Positions 58,731-64,000 of a stretch of 64,000 nt of DNA are shown here, one piece after another. The stretch is taken from IMG/VR virus record IMGVR_UViG_3300033153_009397, positions 16,004 through 80,003 of that record; one strand, written 5' to 3'. The stretch comes from a virus. Each line of letters opens with the position of its first letter. The first letter of the stretch is position 1. The position numbers were made by a program, and so were the translations under genes. The notes under the pieces are model-generated. The model had not been told where the DNA came from. It worked only from the letters and a program-made list of their open reading frames with translations, and made no database searches.

Positions 58731-59185
58731 TAAATCACCATAACTAAACTACCAACTGAGCTGGTTACTGTATATACTGTCATATGCATTTCCATTCGTC
58801 TATTTATCTTATCAAATTTGACATACCCAAATTCTACTCCACTAATTAAATCTGGAAAATGACTAAAGATTGATAAATAAATCTCGTTTTGAATAACTTC
58901 TAATTGTTCTTCTGTAGAAGTAGATGCTAACAATAAAGTAGGCAAAGCTGAACCAAAAGTAGGATGAAAAGGTAATTCTCCCAACCTTGAAATATAATCA
59001 TGGTTAGTAGATAATAACATTGTAATATGTGAAAGAACCAACTCCGTTAGACCATTGCTTAATTGTATATCTCCGGTATCATCTATTTGTAAATCTAACC
59101 CCCCTCCGCTGAGGTAGGTTATCGTAGCATCTCTTCCAAATACTTGGTTTTCCTCTTCTGGAGTATAGATATGGTCTAACGACAT
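58730..59185 (-). CDS. Baseplate W/gp25-like protein
   Basis: GELPFHPTFGS motif; upstream of J. Confidence 0.8.
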   Translation of the reverse strand: MSLDHIYTPEEENQVFGRDATITYLSGGGLDLQIDDTGDIQLSNGLTELVLSHITMLLSTNHDYISRLGELPFHPTFGSALPTLLLASTSTEEQLEVIQNEIYLSIFSHFPDLISGVEFGYVKFDKINRRMEMHMTVYTVTSSVGSLVMVI

Positions 59186-59208
59186 TAATTATATATATTA
59201 CAATCTTG

Positions 59209-60345
59209 TTAATTACTCTTTTGCTTTGTTTTTCTTTTCTTTATAACTATAGATATTATTCCTATTCCTAACAATCCAAAAGTTAACAACAATGGGGTTT
59301 CTTCTGTTGGAAATTCATAAGTAGAATTTTGTATGTCAAAGTCTATTAATTTCATTATTTTATTATATCCCGTATCTACATTTGTTTCCTTATTTGTAGA
59401 TAATATTTTATTTACAGTACTAGATAAAAGATTTTCTTCTATCACCAGAGGTAGACCTATATCATAAGTATAAATCCAAGTCTCTTGTATGATAGGAATA
59501 TTTACGTCTCCATATTCTATTACCCAATAATTATCATGTCCACATATAAATATATCTTCTACATAAGCTTTTAGAGGTGTTATAGTTATGTTTCTACAGT
59601 TTTTATCTTCGAAAAGATAATCATTGCTAGCTTCGTATCTTTCTTCTATAACAAATTTGATTTGCTCCAAATCCATTATTTCCGTCTCATTAATTATTCC
59701 ATCAATAAAGTAATCATCAAGACTGTTTTCATGATATAACGTGAAACTTCTCTTGTTTATCTGCACTGTTCCAGTACTAATTGTTTCAACAATTGATGGA
59801 TTACTACACTCTTCAATCATTCTTAAATTGTCTATTTGAAAAGTATAATCATTATACTTTGTATTATTGTAGATTATATCAGTTAATGTTATATTTAACG
59901 TAAAATTGGTTAATCTATTGTAGAGTATATTTCCTCTTGATGATTTATATATATAATCATCTGACGGGTTACTAAATAATATACTTAGTCTAGCTGAACC
60001 TTTCCATATAGATATTTCTTTTATATCTATTTCAACGTTGAAATTATAAACTTTGAAATTATCTACGGTCTTATTTGACTTTATCCTATTAACTTTCATT
60101 TCTTCTGATTGTTCATCTATAGCTGGTAGATAGTCTATATCCGTTACATTAAAAACAACCGTTTCAGTAGTTGTACTATAAGTAGTACCGATTGTATCAG
60201 TTGTTACTTTGTATGTCCAACTATCTCCTAATTCTATTTCTAACAGAATTTTTGCTGTACTATTAATTGAACTAATAACAAAAATTGATATAAGAATAAC
60301 TGTTATTAGTTTAAGTTTATTTTTTGCCTTAATCATTTTTTTCAC
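59209..60345 (-). CDS. Secreted cell-surface protein with a C-terminal TM sorting anchor (moron)
   Basis: Signal peptide, GDSWTYKV, several N-x-S/T sequons, TEETP + TM + KKRK tail. Confidence 0.75.
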   Translation of the reverse strand: MKKMIKAKNKLKLITVILISIFVISSINSTAKILLEIELGDSWTYKVTTDTIGTTYSTTTETVVFNVTDIDYLPAIDEQSEEMKVNRIKSNKTVDNFKVYNFNVEIDIKEISIWKGSARLSILFSNPSDDYIYKSSRGNILYNRLTNFTLNITLTDIIYNNTKYNDYTFQIDNLRMIEECSNPSIVETISTGTVQINKRSFTLYHENSLDDYFIDGIINETEIMDLEQIKFVIEERYEASNDYLFEDKNCRNITITPLKAYVEDIFICGHDNYWVIEYGDVNIPIIQETWIYTYDIGLPLVIEENLLSSTVNKILSTNKETNVDTGYNKIMKLIDFDIQNSTYEFPTEETPLLLTFGLLGIGIISIVIKKRKTKQKSN

Positions 60346-60359
60346 TTTATCCTCTCATT

Positions 60360-60650
60360 TTAATTATCCTTCAGTATTAAAGATATTCTATGTAAATCTC
60401 TATTTATTGTTCCACCTACAAACTTTGTTTCCCCTTCTACATTTTGTATTTCAAATTCTATATCTGATATTCCAGTCTTTGTTTTTATATATACATTGAT
60501 TTCTTTTATCAGATTATTTATTTCGTCATCACTCAAAATGTCAAATGCCATTTTATCTTTATATATTTTTTCAAACATAAACTCATCTACTATATTTTGT
60601 AAATGTTCTCTCGCTCTCATCTTAGAGATTACTACAAATATTTTTATCAC
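60360..60650 (-). CDS. Hypothetical protein
   Basis: Follows a TTTATAAG box at ~60680. Confidence 0.55.
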   Translation of the reverse strand: MIKIFVVISKMRAREHLQNIVDEFMFEKIYKDKMAFDILSDDEINNLIKEINVYIKTKTGISDIEFEIQNVEGETKFVGGTINRDLHRISLILKDN

Positions 60651-60694
60651 CTAATATATTTAATCACTTCTATACTTATAAAGTTTTCATTCAA

Positions 60695-63600
60695 TTATGC
60701 ATAATAACATTTTATTGCTGGTGCACTATATCTTAGTCCTAATGCATTTGTGACTATAGCAGTCACTTTTATAACTATCATATGATAAGTAGAAACATCA
60801 TACGTAGAAAGTGCAATTACGTGAAGTCCAGCAGTAGTTAAATCGGTAGCAGAACTACCTAAAGAAGTGGTTCCACTATCTGTTAGTCCATATACATTTA
60901 TATTAGTGATATAATCATCAACAGAAGCAGCAGAAAGAGATATTTTTATATCATCTATAAACAAAGACAAGTCTCCTTTGACAGATGGTAAAGGTATTAA
61001 CCAATAAGTAGAATAATCAGTTGCCCCTTCATTGGCTATTCTTGCATCATAGGCTTTAAAATTTAATCCACCAGCACTTTCTACATAATACATACATGGA
61101 ACATATGCTGCATTAGCTGAACCAAACATAACAAAATCAGACAAATATTTAGGTGTTCCAGCATTATAGAAAGCTAAATCGTTATTAGCAGTAACAGTTT
61201 TATTAAAATAAAACTTAGGCATATCAGTATTAAAATGACACCAATTAGCATTTTGTGGTCCTATATCTACATAACCATCAGTTGTTTTTGCTCTGGTTAC
61301 ACCAGTAGTTTGTATCCTTAAATAACCACTTGAACCACTATGAATTAAGAACAATGCACCACTATTATCATCACTTTTAGTACTAATATTCCAATAACCA
61401 ACTCTATTATCAAGTTGTAAATAAGCATATAATTCAGTTGTATAAGAACGTACATGAACACTACTATGACTATTATCGTGAATTACTTCTATATCTCTAT
61501 AAATATTTACTTTAGCATTTGAAGCCCTTAAAATAACATCTTCTCCGCTTGCACCACCAGTACCATCATTAGCTCTTAACTCTACATAACCATTAGCAGT
61601 ACGATTACATAAAGCAACTACTTTGTTAGTAGCATCAAAAAGTAATCCATATCGTTCGGCATCGCTGTTAGGATAATAAGTTATACCATATTGACCAGTA
61701 TCCATAGGAAAATAAATACCACTATCATCAATTTGAAATCTAAAACTACCACCATCATCGTAAAATTGATACTTACTTGCTTTATAGAATTTTAATATAT
61801 CATCATTTCCATAATATATTATTCTTGCATCATAATCTGCTGAACCACTACTAAAATCAATATATGATAATCCCCCACCCTCAGCTCTTAATTCTAATCC
61901 TACATTACCAGAACTAGAATAACTGTTAATAATATTCAGTGCTACATCTCCGTTCACAGAACCACTAATAGTTACTTTTGAAGCATCTTCTGAAATTATA
62001 CTATCAGTTAAAACACCAGCACTTTCCCATTTAGGAATATAACCAGTGGTTACATTAGTACCTTGTGAAACATCTCCGGTACCAGAAATAACATCATTAA
62101 CCCAACCAGAACCGTCATACAATAACCCTTGACCAGAAACTGGAGAAGTTATTGTTACATTACTTAAATCATCTAAAGAATGAGTATGATTTATATCTGA
62201 ATATAATGAACTTAAAGATGAACCACCTTCAGAGATAGTTCCAGAAACTGATAAACTATCAGAAACGGTAACATTATTATCAAATAGAGCATCTCCACCG
62301 ACTTCTAAGCCATAACCACTCTTAACACTACTACTACCACGATTAATAGAAGTAATACCAGTCAACCATTGTTTATCATCATAAAAGTAAGCAGCAATAT
62401 TACCATCATTACCTTTAATCATTAAACCATTAGCTAATGATTGAATATATCCACCATCAGTGGAAGGAGAACCTATGACTAAACTTGAATTAGCATATAA
62501 TGTTTGTCCATATATATTTGCCCATGAATTGGTTGAGGTTCCTAAATCACTAGAATTATCATTATATGGGTATAAATTATATTTAACAGAAATGGGTCTA
62601 TCAAAATAAAATCCATTATTTGTATCAGTGTCAAAATGAGCCCATGAAACATTTCCAGCTCCTATATGAACAGTTTTACCAGTTGATGAATTATATATTC
62701 CTAAAGCATTTCCGTATTCACTATCTGTAGGTTTAATAGTAATACTATTTGTTCCAGATAAAAGAATATCACTTTTTACTGTCAAATCACCAACAATTTT
62801 TATATCCCCTATCTTATATCTTGTATCTGGTATGTTATCTATTTCTTCTATTTTAGGCATATAAAAATACATAGTAGTAGTTGTACCTTCAGCATAATAA
62901 TTAAGAAAACGTATTAAAGTTTGTGTAACTGTGTTATTCCATCTATAGCTATGAACTGTAGATTGTTCAACTCCTTCTTCATTTATCCCCCAACCATGTG
63001 CCATTGAAGTTCCAGAAGCACTGTAAGGATAAACATAAGCTTCTATATATACCCATTTATCAGAATCTAAAGCACTACCATCCCATGAAGAACAATAAAA
63101 ATAAGGATTATTTGTTAATGTATCTCCTAAAGTATAAACCCCTACATCACTTCCATTATCATCTAATCCTTCTAACCCGAAATAAGCTTCACCAGCAGTA
63201 TTGTCTCGTTTTATCCACATACTAAAACGATACATTTTTTCTGGATTAATTGGAACTTTTGTTGTATAGACTATTGCATTTCCACTTGTAACTACTTCAT
63301 ATGCTTTTACTTCTTTACCATCTATAAAAGGAACTGTAACTAAACTTAAACTATCATATCCACTTCCAGTATAATCATTAGATGAAGTTGGTTGAGCACC
63401 ATAAACAAGATTGGTAGTTGCAGCATGTAAAGCTAGTCCATCTACGTGAGATGTATTAGTCGCATTCACTCCAGCACTTCTTCTAAAATTTATTTTATCA
63501 TTGAAAGTCCAATTAGCGTCTATTACGTTATCATATGAATCTACACAAACTGTTCCATCTACATTTGGTAAAGTATAAGTTCTTGGTGTAGCATTATTAC

Positions 63601-64000
63601 AAGTAAATTGACCATATGATGAACCTACACCATAAAATCGTAAATCCCCAGAACTTATAACAATTCCATTAGTTACGTACAAATTACCTACAGTTCTAAT
63701 AGTTCTTGTAGAATCATTAGCGTAAAAATAAGGTATATCACCAGTTCCTTGATTAGTTATATACAAATATTTTGTAGTTAAATTATTACTAAATGACCAA
63801 TTACCAGAAACAACTTCATCTTGACTTAAATGAGCATATTGAGGGTGGTCATCATCTCCCAAACCACCTATAGACCCATGGTCTATACCAACAGTTGAAC
63901 CACTAAAAGATACTGAACCACTAAAAACTGTTGAACCACTAAATGTCCAAGAACCAGTTATTGTATGACCATAACTGTCTAAACAAACATTACCAGTTTT
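60695..64000 (-). CDS. Long tail fibre/receptor-binding protein (5' partial)
   Basis: Frame stays open to the window end. DHGSIGGLGDDDHPQY, CBM-like YRFSMWIK domain, LDDLSNV...LLYDGSGWVN, DYDARI. Confidence 0.85.
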   Translation of the reverse strand, partial: KTGNVCLDSYGHTITGSWTFSGSTVFSGSVSFSGSTVGIDHGSIGGLGDDDHPQYAHLSQDEVVSGNWSFSNNLTTKYLYITNQGTGDIPYFYANDSTRTIRTVGNLYVTNGIVISSGDLRFYGVGSSYGQFTCNNATPRTYTLPNVDGTVCVDSYDNVIDANWTFNDKINFRRSAGVNATNTSHVDGLALHAATTNLVYGAQPTSSNDYTGSGYDSLSLVTVPFIDGKEVKAYEVVTSGNAIVYTTKVPINPEKMYRFSMWIKRDNTAGEAYFGLEGLDDNGSDVGVYTLGDTLTNNPYFYCSSWDGSALDSDKWVYIEAYVYPYSASGTSMAHGWGINEEGVEQSTVHSYRWNNTVTQTLIRFLNYYAEGTTTTMYFYMPKIEEIDNIPDTRYKIGDIKIVGDLTVKSDILLSGTNSITIKPTDSEYGNALGIYNSSTGKTVHIGAGNVSWAHFDTDTNNGFYFDRPISVKYNLYPYNDNSSDLGTSTNSWANIYGQTLYANSSLVIGSPSTDGGYIQSLANGLMIKGNDGNIAAYFYDDKQWLTGITSINRGSSSVKSGYGLEVGGDALFDNNVTVSDSLSVSGTISEGGSSLSSLYSDINHTHSLDDLSNVTITSPVSGQGLLYDGSGWVNDVISGTGDVSQGTNVTTGYIPKWESAGVLTDSIISEDASKVTISGSVNGDVALNIINSYSSSGNVGLELRAEGGGLSYIDFSSGSADYDARIIYYGNDDILKFYKASKYQFYDDGGSFRFQIDDSGIYFPMDTGQYGITYYPNSDAERYGLLFDATNKVVALCNRTANGYVELRANDGTGGASGEDVILRASNAKVNIYRDIEVIHDNSHSSVHVRSYTTELYAYLQLDNRVGYWNISTKSDDNSGALFLIHSGSSGYLRIQTTGVTRAKTTDGYVDIGPQNANWCHFNTDMPKFYFNKTVTANNDLAFYNAGTPKYLSDFVMFGSANAAYVPCMYYVESAGGLNFKAYDARIANEGATDYSTYWLIPLPSVKGDLSLFIDDIKISLSAASVDDYITNINVYGLTDSGTTSLGSSATDLTTAGLHVIALSTYDVSTYHMIVIKVTAIVTNALGLRYSAPAIKCYYA

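Noticed and set aside
60695-64000. Diversity-generating retroelement acting on the tail fibre
   Set aside because: No reverse transcriptase and no near-identical TR/VR pair with adenine-specific differences is visible in the window.

Overview
This AT-rich, gene-dense window is a segment of a large tailed dsDNA virus (Caudoviricetes, contractile-tail type) with an archaeal host. The archaeal call rests on TTTAAATA TATA boxes, GGTGA/GGAGG Shine-Dalgarno sites, an archaeal-type PolB and a PriS/PriL-like primase. A C-terminally anchored surface protein hints at an Asgard (Heimdall-like) host, but that is inference. Layout: portal (partial, left edge); accessory genes including a DNA methylase, a glycosyltransferase-like gene and MazG; a ~14 kb minus-strand block of small genes whose promoters carry AAGGAAAC repeat elements; a replication/recombination module (intein-containing PolB, primase-helicase fusion, ATPase, Cas4-like nuclease, SF2 helicase); terminase; baseplate and tail-fibre genes (partial, right edge). 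The most notable signal is an RNA layer. A Ro60/TROVE gene is flanked by two related structured ncRNAs that show compensatory base changes (Y-RNA candidates). Two further small RNAs have the same promoter geometry, and their loops are complementary to viral translation starts. Also notable are a PolB intein that resembles the Mimivirus PolB intein, and an apparent absence of GATC and CCTG/CAGG. All calls come from reading the sequence and recalled motifs; no searches were run.
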